Positions 1 to 14,300 of a stretch of DNA of 64,000 nt are shown here, in pieces. This DNA comes from Eledone cirrhosa. Taxonomy: Eukaryota. The stretch's first letter is position 1, and each line of letters opens with the position of its first letter. Made by a program: the position numbers and the translations under genes. A model generated the notes under the pieces. That model saw nothing but the letters and a program-made list of their open reading frames with translations. It made no database searches and had not been told where the DNA came from. The DNA lies in NCBI GenBank assembly GCA_964016885.1, contig OZ024746.1, forward strand, positions 2,170,001 to 2,234,000, read 5' to 3'.

Positions 1-2151
1 AATTCTTAATACTGCTTTAAAATCTTTTTAGTTTTCACTAAGTTATTTTGTAAAACATATTTAATCTTCAGATTTATACTTTTATATATTGTTTGTACTT
101 TGAAGAATATATTTTGTAAGTAGATAACAAAATATTTTCAAAAATATTGATGAGGAAAAATACTCTAATATCGGTGTTGTATATTATTTTATTTTTAATT
201 TTATACATAGTTTCTTCAGTTTGTGTAAATTAGATAAAGTTTTAAGCTTAAGATATGCACTGAGTCTTGAATCTAAAAACTATAATTTAACAATAATCCA
301 TTTATTTTAACTTTTAACACTCTGTAATGATTTAGCAAAACATCTTTAAAAAAAAACAGGTTTGTTAATTCAGATATTTATAGTCTCTTTACTAGTTAAC
401 AGATTGTTATAGAAATTTACAGTAAATTAATATAATGCAATCATAAAGCTGTTGTGTACTTTCCAAGAATATAATACTAATTCAGTTTCATGCAGATATA
501 GAATGTTAAAAGTTAAAATGGGATTGGGGCTTCGTTGATTTTCTTTCACCCGTCCCCTTCTTTATTCTTATCTGTTTTAAGACAGTGATGGTATAAATTC
601 CACCTCACAACAGTCTAGCATCCAAAACTGAGAAAGAATTGTTATCAGTTGCACAGCATCTCAGCTAGTGACTATTTTATAGCAGTGTGGACTGAACATT
701 TCAGATTAAAGTGTTTTTATGAAGAGGTCAGCAAATTGCTGGTGACATGACAAGAATTATTTGCTTTTTAGTTTTGTTAATTAGCAAATATAGTTTTGTT
801 AGTTAGCAAATATCTTTCATATGCTGATGGCCTCTTGATGGTGATAACTATGTTGATGTTCATTGAGCCATAGAACAGCTCAATGTGTACATATCACATG
901 TTGGCATGAAGACCAATGTAACCAAGACAAAGTATCTATCTTCTGGAAGAAGTCAATCAATTTAAATGTCTTAGCATCACCTTCATTGCCACAGGTTAAA
1001 ATAAAGATAGAAAGAAAAACATTTAGCCAAATATTAGATTTCTAAAAATGATCAAATTCATTCTAATAACTATAAACTCTTTATTCAAAACAGTTATAGT
1101 TGTCTTTGATGTATTAATTTTAGCAACAAGAAAACCCTTACTGAATTACATTTTTGTTAGTTTCAGTTCCTCATTTATACTTAAGATCATTTGTATTATA
1201 AATTTAACCCAATTAAAAACAAACAATAATAGGAAAACATTACCTATGCTCATTATATCATAAAATCTATTTAGAGTTTGATATCAATTGATTTATAAAT
1301 TTGTAACAGTTATTCAAAGAAATAAAACAGTAAGGATGTTTACTACTCACTCATATGCTGGTTTAGGTAATATCTTACAAGGTTTCTTGTGTTTTTATGT
1401 TAGAGACTCCAGTCCTATCATAAAAGGCATCATGCCACCCATAAAAGGCATCAAACCCATGACCCTGTGATCACCCTAACCACTACTCACAACCCTCCCA
1501 ATAGTCTAATGAAATATGTTAACTGGTTTTTAAAAGTGTATATATTAAATTTGGGGGATAATTTAGGATTATGTAAATAATCATCATTTTTACATTTGCT
1601 TTTCTGTGTATTGGTTGGCTGGGACCTTTTTAACACTGTCTCTCCCCTCATTACAGTCCTTCATCTTCCTTGTGAGATTAAACATCCTAACATTAGATCT
1701 ACCACTTCTTCAGTCTTTCACTTACATCATTTGATACTCTTTTGAGACTGTTAGTCATTATATTCATTACTTGCACAGTCTTCTCTCAGCACATTATAGC
1801 TGTTATCTTTAACCCTTTCATGACTGCATTTCTCATGAAATATACTCTACATTAATTAATGAAGAATTTTGACATATTGGTTGTGGATAGTGTTCTGGAT
1901 TTTAGGATTTTTCTCCCTTCCAAATGTTTCGCATGGTGTCAACTTTGTTGTTTCTCATCTTTTCACAGTTATATTTAGTAGAGTTGTTTTAATGTGTTGT
2001 GTATCAATGGAGTGAAATCAATGACAGGAAAACTGCTTCTCAGTTACTTTTTAATGTTTTCTTAATTTTGTTGATATATTGATGTACTGAACACAGATTT
2101 AATCATTACTGTGATATGTTTGATGAACAACCTAATCAGGATATGCCAGAT

Positions 2152-2660
2152 ATTCATCATCATTTTACATCCTCTTTCCATTCTGGTATGAATTGGACAG
2201 GCTGTCACAGTCCACAACTAATCTTGCTCAGTATGTTCCATATTTAGTATGGTTTCTACAGCTGGATACCCTTCCTAACACCAGCCACCTTGCAGGGTGT
2301 GCTCAGTATGTTTTTGTGACACTAGTATGAGTGGGTTTTATATGACAACAACATTACAACTTTACTAAGATGACTGTGTGCAATTTTTCTCTCAATGTAT
2401 TAGTAGTCATTCATACTTGCTGACAATATAACACCCAGTGGAGCATGCTCATCACATTTCTTTCAGGCCTTTCAAAATCCTCCACTCTTATTGTCTATGA
2501 CCCATACCATATGATATCACACTTCATACATAAGCATCATACAACCTGCCCTTCACTCAGAGAGAGAAGCCTTTTGTTGTCAACAAAGGTAATAGCTCTG
2601 AATTTTTCCTCCTCATGTTTACCACTATGACTGTATTTTGACAATACTCACCTCCATTGT
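2152..2660 (-). mobile_element. Decayed RTE-clade LINE 3' fragments (3' UTR/tail plus C-terminal ORF relic)
   Basis: (CAT)n tail and ggtttctacagctggatacccttcctaacacc motif shared with the RTE copy at 5570-6325; 2540-2610 matches the 'LLTTKGFSL' region of other copies. Confidence 0.6.
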
Positions 2661-4579
2661 TGATTCTTATTTTTTAACCTGTAACCCCTAGTGGAGTGAT
2701 AGGGGGTGCTGTAGTGACATTCTTGGGCGTTTTTTAAATCTGGCTGTGTCCATCCTTTCTGGCTTAAACACAGCAGATTTCTTCCAAAGAAGGAGACAAA
2801 GTGAGAAAGAGATATAGAGAGGAAGAATCAACTCCTGTATGGGATTGAGACTTTAATTATTGACCCCTAAAAGGACGAAAAGCAAAGTTGACTTTGGCAG
2901 CATTTAAACTCAGAACACAGAGAACCAGAATGAATACTGTAAAGCATTCTATCTGATGTTCTAACAACTCTGCCAATCCATTATTGATTAATTCACCTAA
3001 ATAACAAAAGTCATTTATTAGCTATTACTCTCTAGCCTTCTGGATAAAGAGATTTTATTTCTTGAAGGTTGTTAGTTACTCCTGTGCATTCCACTGCACC
3101 TTTTCTACACCCATTGTTTGTATTGAATATACAGTATAGAATTTTCATGTCGATTATGGCCACTTTTTAGTTTATAGCAGTATTCTACATTCTTTCCAGC
3201 TAACTAAACCTTTTGTCTTTGTTCAGTGGCCTTTCAGGTCTGCTTCCATGTTAGGAACTTACCTCTAAATTATTTGATTATATTATTGACAGGAACTGAA
3301 ATATTTTAAAACATCTAAACTCTATATTCTTAATTGTGCACACAGAAAAAATATTAAAAAACTTGTATTTATTAAATGTATAGCACAGGCAAGATATTTT
3401 ATTTTTAAACTATATTTTCTATATGTTCAAAATGTAGTATTATTTTATTAGAAGAGTAAAGATATTTACTTAATATTGAATTCATATAATGTGTGTGTGT
3501 GTGTGTGTGTGTACACAGTGTCAAATGTCTGGCATTAAGAAGGGCATCTAGCTGTAGAAACCCTAAATGGATCATACAAGTAGACGGAGAATAGCATGAA
3601 ATAAGGGGTTGAATCATGACAAACTGTCTATCCTTTGCTAACATGGAAATCATCATCATCATCATCATTTGTTTTCTCCTCTTTGGTATTGGAGTTAATA
3701 TATTCCCAATTGTCATTAGCTAAAATCTTGAATTATATCACTATAGTTTATCTTTAAACTATCTGATTGATTGATGTACCTAGTAGAATTTAAAAAAAAT
3801 ATCAGTATATTTCTTTTGAGAAATGCTTTATTTTCTTAATCTGTTCAACCATTTTCATGCTGTAAATAGGAATGACATTGAATTTGTAATTAAAAAAAGA
3901 ATATTATTTTAGGCATAATGGTTCAGACTTTGAATTTTATGAGCTACATTAATCTGAAATTTGTTTTAAGTTTAATCAATCAAGTGTTAATATTTTGGGT
4001 ATTTAATGAGGTTTTATCCTCTTATGGGGTAAATTGTTGGTAACTTTTAGTTTGCTGGAACCTGAGTTGCATTTATGGTTTTGGAGTTGGAAAATACTTA
4101 GTATCAAGCCAGAGTCAGAATCATTGTTTGGAAGTCTCTCTTTCTTAATAACCGAACATTGATCAAATAAGCATGTTCAAAAAACTTCTAAAATATGAGG
4201 TCTGGTTGGCTATAGCACCTCATACTTTATAAGTATCAAACTTTTATTTATTTATTGTGTATTTACTGTAGTCTCTATGAAAGATTTTGAACTCAGAATC
4301 TTATTCTACCAAGCTGTGTTTATTTTTGTTTTTTTATTTAGAGAGAAAGGAGCTTAGAATGCCTTTTCTGATGCAGGTGGGTGAAATTATTCAGATTAAA
4401 GTTAGATGATGTTTTGTTTGAAGTGTTCCTTAAAGAAGCCCCAAAACTACTGTTTTGCCAAATGATAAACTTTCAGTAATATTGGCTGTAATATCTTATT
4501 TATTGTATTATTTTTTTTTGTCAACATTTAATGTAATGATGAAGCAGCATGTAGTTTGAATTTTGACTGAGATAATGTA

Positions 4580-4785
4580 TTAACCCTTTAGCATTTACAT
4601 TATTCTATATTTACTATTGTATTTTCATAGTAAACACTTTATCTCACATAATATTGAATCAATGAGATTTTGATATTTTTTATTTTGAGAACAATACCTT
4701 AACATCAGTATGAGCAGCCTTTTTGGACAGAAAGAGATGAGAGAATTCTGACTGGATACAGCTGGTTTAAATGCTAAAGGGCTAA
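4580..4785 (+). mobile_element. TTAA-flanked non-autonomous DNA transposon (piggyBac-like MITE, family A)
   Basis: Ends TTAACCCTTTAGCATTTA ... TAAATGCTAAAGGGCTAA; homologous copies at 11061-11264 and 34608-34836. Confidence 0.8.
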
Positions 4786-4994
4786 AAGAGAATCATGCCA
4801 GCAATTTGAGAAATATGTTGAGGAACAATATGCTATCCTTTATCCGATCAACATATTCTATAATAATTCTATATCGGTCTCTTAGTGTGACTTTGGTTGT
4901 AAACCAATATTTTTTATTTTTTCCATTTCAACTGTTGTTTCACATTTGATTTTCAATACATCATATGGATAAAATGGTTTATTTACTGGTGAAA

Positions 4995-5220
4995 TTGTTG
5001 TTGCTTAACTTCAGATCAACCTTGATCAAGGACTCCTATCATCAAAAACATTCTAACCATGGTCAACCAATGTTTTACTTTCTTTTCCCTTTTTTAGGCA
5101 TTAAGTTGTGTAGTCATATACCATGTCTCATTCTTTTCTAAGGCAGGGTGTGATTTGAGAAATATTTGACTGTTATTTCTAACAGATCAAGTTATCATGT
5201 AGAGGGCCTCACATTAGCTG
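4995..5220 (-). repeat. Unclassified ~220-bp interspersed repeat (SINE-like, (CAA)n tail on minus strand)
   Basis: Shared motifs gacctatgatcaaaggcattccagccatgacc and gtgatttgagggagatttggctgctatttctagcagg recur at about 23335, 24405, 46730, 46910, 47935 and 58675. Confidence 0.55.
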
Positions 5221-5519
5221 TTCTTCTTACCACTGAATATTTGAAATAGGATAGGGAACTGTTTTGGGGCTGTCAGTCAAACAAACTAGAGCTAACAATA
5301 AAGTGCCTTGTTTAGAGCATACCTAACACTGACAGATTAATTCATCACTGAATCAGCTATCTCTACATCTCTACATATCAATAATATTATTGTTTATTTC
5401 ACTCAACTTTCTTTTACCTAATAAGAAGAGCAGAATAAAGCATACATCAAACCACTGAAAACTGGGATTGATTCTAGTTTTCTCTTTTACCAATCAAGTG
5501 ATTGGTTGTTTGGTGTCAG

Positions 5520-5522
<3 letters not shown>

Positions 5523-5568
<46 letters not shown>
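5523..5568. repeat. (CT)n microsatellite at the 3' end of an RTE element
   Basis: Pure CT run. Confidence 0.95.
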
Positions 5569-5574
<6 letters not shown>

Positions 5575-6325
5575 TTTACGTCCGTTCTTCCACGCTAGCA
5601 TGGGTTAGACGGGTTGTCCTGTTGTGGGCAGTGTCTGGTCGGCTGACCATGCCTTGCTCATACGGGAACTTATTCTGGCTTGATTTCTACAGCTGGATGC
5701 CCTTCCTAACACCAACTTCATTTACAGTGAGTGTTGGGTGCTTTTTTTTCCATGGCGCCTACACGTCCACTTTGCAGTGAGAGGGTGTGGGGGCATATTG
5801 TCTATATGCTTCAGCTTTGGCTTGTACCCGTGGGGGGGTCGAGTCTTCTGTATTACTGTGTGATGCCAAAGGTCACAGTCGTGTGTCATCGCCTTTGAGA
5901 GGTGTAATTGGGTAAGGTCGGCTTTTATCACCTCATCCCAGGTCTTCTTGGGTCTCTGCACTCCGCGGTTTCCATCGACTTCTAGTGCTCTGCACCTTTT
6001 TATGCAGCTGTCATCCTTCATACGCATCACATGTCCATACCAACGCAACCGCCTCTCCTGCACAAAGCATTTGATTCCTCTTATGCTCAGTCTCTCTCTC
6101 AATTCATTTATGCTTTGCCGTTTGCGTATATTACTATTACACATCCATCGGAGCATGCAGGCTTTGTTTCTTTCTAATCTATGCAAGTCTTCCACAGACA
6201 GTGCCCAGGTCTCACTACTATGTAACATTGCTGTTCGAATACACGCATCATACAGTCTGCCTTTCATTTTGAGGGAAAAGCCTTTTGCAGTTAGCAGTGG
6301 ACGTAGCTCCCTGAACTTCTTCCCT
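5569..6325 (-). mobile_element. 5'-truncated RTE-clade LINE (C-terminal ORF and 3' UTR)
   Basis: ORF 5722-6267 KGRLYDACIRTAMLHSSETW...RLRWYGHVMRM...RPKKTW is the typical RTE C-terminal region. Confidence 0.9.
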
Positions 6326-6924
6326 AGTTATTGTACTTTCCACATATTTATATATATTTAGACAATTCTGTTGATTGGTTAATTATTTGTGTTTGTTTAA
6401 TAACATCTGGTCGAGAGCTTATTCTGATGATTAGCGGAAATTAAAATATTTCCTTTGTCTAACATTTTGAATGACCCGCCAACAACCGGGGCTTATTTCC
6501 CTTGCTGGAAATAACACATGACAGCTAAATATACGATACGGTGCAGCTTAGCGGCAACATTTAGCCTTTTCGCCCCGTCCCTGGTAGAACGAAAACCTGT
6601 TGATGAATTGAATCCTCTGTTTGGTCATGAATACCACGAGCTTGCCAGTCACGTAAGTCTGATATTTGATTTCGGATTCATAGAAACACTTTAAACGTAT
6701 AACGTTTGATTTGTCCAGGTGTATTTTTCTCAACCTGTTAGTTCTTTCGTTACTTTGGTATATTATTGTGGGTTAGATTTTGCCTACCACAATGTTCAAT
6801 TTGTCAAGCTATTTAAACGTATGTTATTACTCTAAGGACCTACCTTGTCGAGTGCTTTGCTTACTCATTTCATATAGTAGGCCGAATTTGCTTGCAAACC
6901 GCCAGAGATTTGATTTTACTAAGT

Positions 6925-6929
<5 letters not shown>

Positions 6930-6978
<49 letters not shown>
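6930..6978. repeat. (TA)n microsatellite
   Basis: Pure TA run. Confidence 0.95.
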
Positions 6979-6980
<2 letters not shown>

Positions 6981-7445
6981 TAAATACTAGAAGTCTAATA
7001 TTAGCTTTCATTCGTAAAAATCACATGTATAGAATGCTTTTCAATATTTATTGATGATTTGTCATCCTAGATCAGAGAAAAGTGGGATTTCTTCAGAATG
7101 CTGGGCCACTGTTTACATCCATACTGTTGGATTCTCAACAATATCAGGAGTAACTTACAGGTTCCTTTTATTTTATATTAGCTACTGCCTGTGGACTACA
7201 CTTACCTGGAGGTTTCACCTTAATATTTTATTGAAAAATAAAGGCTATATCAATCATGAAAATAAATAAAATAGTCACCAATTCCTAAAACATCTTCAAA
7301 GCATAGAACTTTTATTATCATTGCCAATTAAATACTTGAGATGTTTAATTAAGATTATTGTTGATGATAATTCCAGTCTGAATAGGTTGATGTATATTCC
7401 TTATTTCTGGTGTAATTTCATTGGAACTTAGTTATGGATTAATAA

Positions 7446-8300
7446 ATCATCATCATCATTACATCCAGTTTTCCACACTTGCATGGGTTGAATGGATCCT
7501 TTTCAGCACAGCATCTCTTCACACGTTGCGATCCTTTGTCATCTCTGTGAGTTTATGGTTTGAGGTCAGTTCTCACAACCTCTGTCCATGTCTTTCTTTA
7601 TCTACCTCTACTGTGGCTTCCTTCCACTGGGATTTCCTGGCACTTCTTCACCCACTGATCATCATCTATGCACATCACATGTCCGTAACAATGCAGTTTT
7701 CTCTCCTGCACACCTCAGATTCCTCTTAAACCATAGTTTTTCCCTCAGCTCATCCAAGCTCTGCCTTTCTCTTACATTTACATTACACATCCAACAAAGC
7801 ATAGTTGCTTCATTTCTCTCCAGCTTACAGATGTCCTCTATAATCACAGCCCATATTTCATTATCGTGCAGTATCACACTTTGCACACAAATGTCATACA
7901 GTTGTCCTTTTGCATGTAAGGAGAAACCTTTTGTGGTCAAAAGTAGGAGTAACTCTCTAAGCCTTTTCCATCCTATCCGTGTTCTAGCTATTATGCTCTC
8001 AGAGCACCCTCCTCCGTTGCTAATTATGTCACCTAAATAGCAGAAGCTATCAACCATTTCTATGGGTGGTTCCTGTGACTGGAATAGGTTTGTATATCTG
8101 GCTATCTTCCTCTCGGTTACCCCTGTACATCTTCTACAAACAAAGTTTTCTCTTCCTGTTAGTCTAACCATTAGCCCACTTCATCTCTTGTGTATCCAAC
8201 ATTTTACATTGTGTGCATCATATGGAGTTTATGTCTACTCCTTTTCTACATATTGAGCAGGGCCACTTCTCAGAGTCCTATCTTCTCTCCTACTCACTAG
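7446..8300 (-). mobile_element. 5'-truncated RTE-clade LINE
   Basis: FVCRRCTG, DSFCYLGD, ARTRIGWKRLRELL motifs; frameshifted; (CAT)n tail at about 7446. Confidence 0.9.
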
Positions 8301-8976
8301 CATATTTGTATTATATTTATAATAAATATAATTGTTTCTACTTTTGGCACAAGGCCATCAATTACCCAGAAGAATTTAATTTGCACTGAACTTATCGTGT
8401 CACTTCTCAATGTATTGCATTAAAAAATAATTTCTCTTATAAGATCCATACTAAGTAAGAAAATGCCAATTAATAATATAGAGCATATGACCAAAGTAAT
8501 TAAAATATGTTCATTTCTTGAGAAAGGTTTTCAAGATTTAAAAGGTTAATCTTTAATCGGAGTATGTGTATATATATATATGTCTGTGTGATGAATGGTT
8601 CTTCTAGAGATTTTGAAGGATTTTCAGTTGTTTGATCAACTGAACTACCACCTGTTAAATTAACATGTAAGTCACCAAGTATTCCACAAATATATGTACT
8701 ACCTATAATGCTGATTCCTCAGACCAAATCAACATTACACAATATGAGACAAGGCTGGATCATTGAAATATGGGTACAATAATTTGATGGGCTTCCACAA
8801 AGTCTCTGTCTACTGAATTACATTCATGAACCTATGGTAAAAGACCCTTGCCCAAGATATCACACAGCAGGGTCAAACTCAAGACTTTATTATTGCATAC
8901 ATGTGCCTGTACATATATGTAGATGTAGATATGAGCAAGCGAACAAATGCATAAACTCTATTGGTGCATTTTCATA

Positions 8977-9180
8977 TATGAGAGTCGGCTGAGATCATGG
9001 CTGGCTTAGATACTCACGTGAAATGTGACTAATTGAGGTTTGTTTTTCAATATAGTCCCCCTTGGGGGTCCACACCCTTCTTCCATAGGTGTTGCAATGC
9101 TTGAATCTTATTAGTAAACAAGCTTTCATTCTGTTGGTAAAAAAGGTCAACAGCAGATATGACATCAACATCAGAGTTGA
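8977..9180 (-). mobile_element. Mariner transposon 3' remnant
   Basis: Translation ...RVWTPKGDYIEKQ resembles the mariner C-terminal GDYVE motif. Confidence 0.5.
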
Positions 9181-9260
9181 CTGTGGCAAGATCTGAACTC
9201 AAAGCTGGGACAAATATCAAAGCATTTTAATTTGATACCCTCACAGATTTGCTAATTAAA

Positions 9261-10007
9261 TGTTATGTTCAATAAGTAATGAGAACATTTCATCAGGAGA
9301 GGTATTAAATATCCATTCAATTAGAATGCTACTTCGTATAATGTATAAAGGGACTAACTAAGCAAATTCCTATCTGCCAAAGTTAGAGCACAGCGGTGTA
9401 CATGGTGGAACCAGTGTGATCCAATTCACCAATCTGTCAACATGTGGCAAGATTTAGGCAAACATGAAGCAGTGTTACATCATCAAATTTTGTGTTAAAC
9501 CTAAGAAACCCAAACAAGAAGCCTTTGGAATGTTGGAGGAAGGCTATGGGGGTGAATTGATGAGCGATTGGTTCCTGGGGGCCAAGCCGTCAATAAGGAG
9601 TTAAAAAAGGTTCAGGGAGAGGATGAGGAAGAAGAGACCTCATCAGTGGAGAGTGGTGGTTCCATCAGGACAATGCCACATGTCAATACTGGTGACCACT
9701 TGGATGACCAACAGGGGAATGAAAGTAGTACAACAGTCACCCTACAGCCCCAACCTGGCTCCTTATGACTTCTGTTCCCACACATGAAAGACAGCTTTGA
9801 GTCAACACAGGAGCAGAAAGAGGCATCAGTGAATTTCCTGATGACACCTCAGGAGAATGACTGGGAGGAGGTCTTCCAGGAATAGGGAAGATGCTTGCTC
9901 AAGTGTGTAGATGTGAGAGGTCATTATTTTGAAGGAGACAAAATTAAGCTTATGAAAATAAATGTCTCTCCTGAAATTTTCTCATTACTTATTGAATATA
10001 CCTCGTA
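9261..10007 (+). mobile_element. Internally deleted mariner element (transposase pseudogene) with terminal inverted repeats
   Basis: TIRs tatgttcaataagtaatgagaacatttca / tgaaattttctcattacttattgaatata; relics IIKFCVK..KQEAFGMLEEGYG (HTH region), SPYSPNLAPYDF (YSPDLAP motif) and KCVDVRGHYFE. Confidence 0.85.
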
Positions 10008-10787
10008 TTATTATAACTTTTAAATTACTGTTTTGTTAGTCATTCCAAGTTATTAAAAATTATATATATTTGGGGAAGTACTTTTTTCTTTTCTTTATTA
10101 TTTTTTAAAGCCCTTATATATTATAAGGGATTGAGTGCCTACCTTTAGTATTTCAATTTTAATGTTTTATTTATAGGAATGTTTAAGATTGGTTTCAAAA
10201 GGATTGTCAGATGCGTAATTCTGCTCTATCTTATGTAAAATACTTAATGATCAATGAACATAATCCTCTATGAAGTGACTCAGCAGATCTGATATCTATT
10301 GAAGGCTGTTATAAATCTCTTCAAACTATAACAGTATAGACAAATGAACAGCAGGCAGTTGTTAAATCAAAGTTCAGCCATGTTAATGCTAATTATGGTA
10401 TGCGGGTTGTCAGCCAAATGACTAGGTATGTCACACACAGATCTATTGTTCCTCATTTGCGAGTTAATGACCACACTCCAGAGTCCAGCTATTTGAATGG
10501 GGCATCTCTGCTGCAGCCTGGACATGACCACTCAATTTACTAGAATTAACAGCTCCTTCAAACCTAATCCTACTGTCATAAAAAAAGAGGAAATGTTAAT
10601 CTCTGGTTGTAAACAGATAAATTTCAGCTTGTCCAGGTCATTGTGACATCTTACTGTTTAATATAGGTTATTTTAAAACAGCCATATCACTGTTTATTCT
10701 ATGTTAATATTGTCCTAATGTGCCAAGTATAATGCATAAAAAACACTACAATAAAGTCTCAGATCCTAACTAGATGTTTGATATCAT

Positions 10788-10991
10788 TTAACTCTTTTGT
10801 AATTCTAATGAAACACTCTCTATTTCAATTAATTAATGAAGAATGTTGAGGGATTTACTAAAACTATTATTTCATTAGTAAGATAGTAACTTGTGGTTCT
10901 TATATAAAATTATGTTGAAAGATTTAAATTTAAATAGGAGTCCTTGAAAATGTGTTGTTCTCTTTGACCAGGTTGGTGGCAAATGGGTTGA
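10788..10991 (+). mobile_element. TTAA-flanked MITE, family B (diverged)
   Basis: ttaactctttt..aattctaatgaaacact ... aaatgggttga; aligns by eye with copies at 24463, 37273 (reverse) and 59018. Confidence 0.7.
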
Positions 10992-11060
10992 ATATATTAA
11001 AGTACCAGAGTAGAGATAAACTAAGTGTGCTACTCAGTTAACATTTTATTCCATTAATAT

Positions 11061-11264
11061 TTAGCCCTTTAGCATTCACATTACTCTATATATACTATTA
11101 TATTTTCATTATCTCATATAATATTGAATCTATGAGATTTTGAAAGTATTTATTTTGAGAACAATACCTTAACATCAGTTTGAGCGACCAGTTACAGCCA
11201 GTTTCAACAGAAAGAGGTAGAGAATTCTGGCCAGTTTTGGCTGGTTTGAACACTAAAGGGTTAA
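11061..11264 (+). mobile_element. TTAA-flanked MITE, family A
   Basis: ttagccctttagcattcaca ... aacactaaagggttaa; internal match to 4580-4785. Confidence 0.8.
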
Positions 11265-11329
11265 TATTTTGTCAATGTTAATAATTCAAGTTTTCCAGAT
11301 TGTTAATATCATCTTCTGTCTTTCTACAA

Positions 11330-14300
11330 TTAAACTTTTTATTACCATAATTCTAATGAAATACACTGCCTCTGTGTTATTACCATAATTCTAATGAAAT
11401 ACACTGCCTGTGTTATTACCATAATTCTAATGAAATACACTGCCTCTGTGTTATTACCATAATTCTAATGAAATACACTGCCTCTGTGTTATTACCATAA
11501 TTCTAATGAAATACACTACCTGTGTTATTACCATAATTTTAATGAAATACACTACCTGTGTTATTACCATAATTCTAATGAAATACACTGCCTCTGTGTT
11601 ATTACCATAATTCTAATGAAATACACTGCCTGTGTGTTATTACCATAATTCTAATGAAATACACTGCCTCTGTGTTATTACCATAATTCTAATGAAATAC
11701 ACTGCCTGTGTGTTATTACCATAATTCTAATGAAATACACTGCCTCTGTGTTATTACCATAATTCTAATGAAAGTCACTGCCTGTGTTATTACCATAATT
11801 CTAATGGAATACACTGCCTGTGTTATTACCATAATTTTAATGAAATACACTGCCTGTGTGTTATTACCATAATTCTAATGAAATACACTGCCTGTGTTAT
11901 TACCATAATTCTAATGAAATACACTGCCTGTGTGTTATTACCATAATTCTAATGAAATATACTGCCTGTGTGTTATTACCAAAATTCTAATGAAATTCAC
12001 TGCCTGTGTGTTATTACCATAATTCTAATGAAAGTCACTGCCTGTGTTATTACCATAATTCTAATGAAATACACTGCCTATGTTATTACCATAATTCTAA
12101 TGAGATACACTACCTATGTTATTACCATAATACTAATGAGATACACTGCCTATGTTATTACCATAATTCTAATGAGATACACTGCCTGTGTTATTACCAT
12201 AATTCTAATGAAATACACTGCCTGTGTTATTACCATAATTCTAATGGAATACACTGCCTCTGTGTTATTACCATAATTCTAATAGAATACACTGCCTCTG
12301 TGTTATTACCATAATTCTAATGAAATACACTGCCTGTGTTATTACCATAATTCTAATGAAATACACTGCCTCTGTGTTATTACCATAATTATAATGAAAT
12401 ACACTGCCTGTGTTATTACCATAATTCTAATGAAATACACTGCCTCTGTGTTATTACCATAATTCTAATGAAATACACTGCCTATGTGTTATTACCATAA
12501 TTCTAATGAAATACATTGCCTGTGTTATTACCATAATTCTAATGAAATACACTGCCTATGTGTTATTACCATAATTCTAATGAAATACACTGCCTATGTT
12601 ATTACCATAATTCTAATGAGATACACTACCTATGTTATTACCATAATACTAATGAGATACACTGCCTATGTCATTACCATAATTCTAATGAGATACACTG
12701 CCTGTGTTATTACCATAATTCTAATGAAATACACTGCCTGTGTTATTACCATAATTCTAATGGAATACACTGCCTCTGTGTTATTACCATAATTCTAATG
12801 AAATACACTGCCTGTGTTATTACCATAATTCTAATGAAATACACTGCCTCTGTGTTATTACCATAATTCTAATGAAATACACTGCCTGTGTTATTACCAT
12901 AATTCTAATGAAATACACTGCCTGTGTTATTACCATAATTCTAATGAAATACACTGCCTCTGTGTTATTACCATAATTCTAATGAAATACACTGCCTGTG
13001 TTATTACCATAATTCTAATGAAATACACTGCCTCTGTGTTATTACCATAATTCTAATGAAATACACTGCCTATGTGTTATTACCATAATTCTAATGAAAT
13101 ACACTGCCTTTGTGTTATTACCATAGTTCTAATGAAATACACTGCCTTTGTGTTATTACCATAATTCTAATGAAATACACTGCCTCTGTGTTATTACCAT
13201 AATTCTAATGAAATACACTGCCTTTGTGTTATTACCATAATTCTAATGAAATTCACTGCCTGTGTTATTACCATAATTCTAATGAAATACACTGCCTCTG
13301 TGTTATTACCATAATTCTAATGAAAGTCACTGCCTGTGTGTTATTACCACAATTCTAATGAAATACACTGCCTGTGTGTTATTACCATAATTCTAATGAA
13401 ATTCACTGCCTGTGTTATTACCATAATTCTAATGAGATACACTGCCTATGTTATTATCATAATACTAATGAGATACACTGCCTATGTTATTACCATAATT
13501 CTAATGAAATTCACTGCCTGTGTTATTACCATAATTCTAATGAAATTCACTGCCTCTGTGTTATTACCATAATTCTAATGAAATACACTGCCTGTGTTAT
13601 TACCATAATTCTAATGAAATTCACTGCCTCTGTGTTATTACCATAATTCTAATGGAATACACTGCCTCTGTGTTATTACCATAATTTTAATGAAATTCAC
13701 TGCCTGTGTTATTACCATAATTCTAATGAAATTCACTGCCTGTGTTATTACCATAATTCTAATGAAATTCACTGCCTGTGTCATTACCATAATTCTAATG
13801 AAATTCACTGCCTGTGTGTTATTACCATAATTCTAATGGAATAAACTGCCTCTGTGTTATTACCATAATTCTAATGAAATACACTGCCTGTGTTATTACC
13901 ATAATTCTAATGAAATACACTGCCTGTGTGTTATTACCATAATTTTAATGAAATTCACTGCCTGTGTTATTACCATAATTCTAATGAAATACACTGCCTG
14001 TGTTATTACCATAATTCTAATGAAATACACTGCCTCTGTGTTATTACCATAATTTTAATGAAATTCACTGCCTGTGTTATTACCATAATTCTAATGAAAT
14101 TCACTGCCTGTGTTATTACCATAATTCTAATGGAATACACTGCCTGTGTTATTACCATAATTCTAATGAAATTCACTGCCTGTGTGTTATTACCATAATT
14201 CTAATGGAATAAACTGCCTCTGTGTTATTACCATAATTCTAATGAAATACACTGCCTGTGTTATTACCATAATTCTAATGAAATTCACTGCCTCTGTGTT

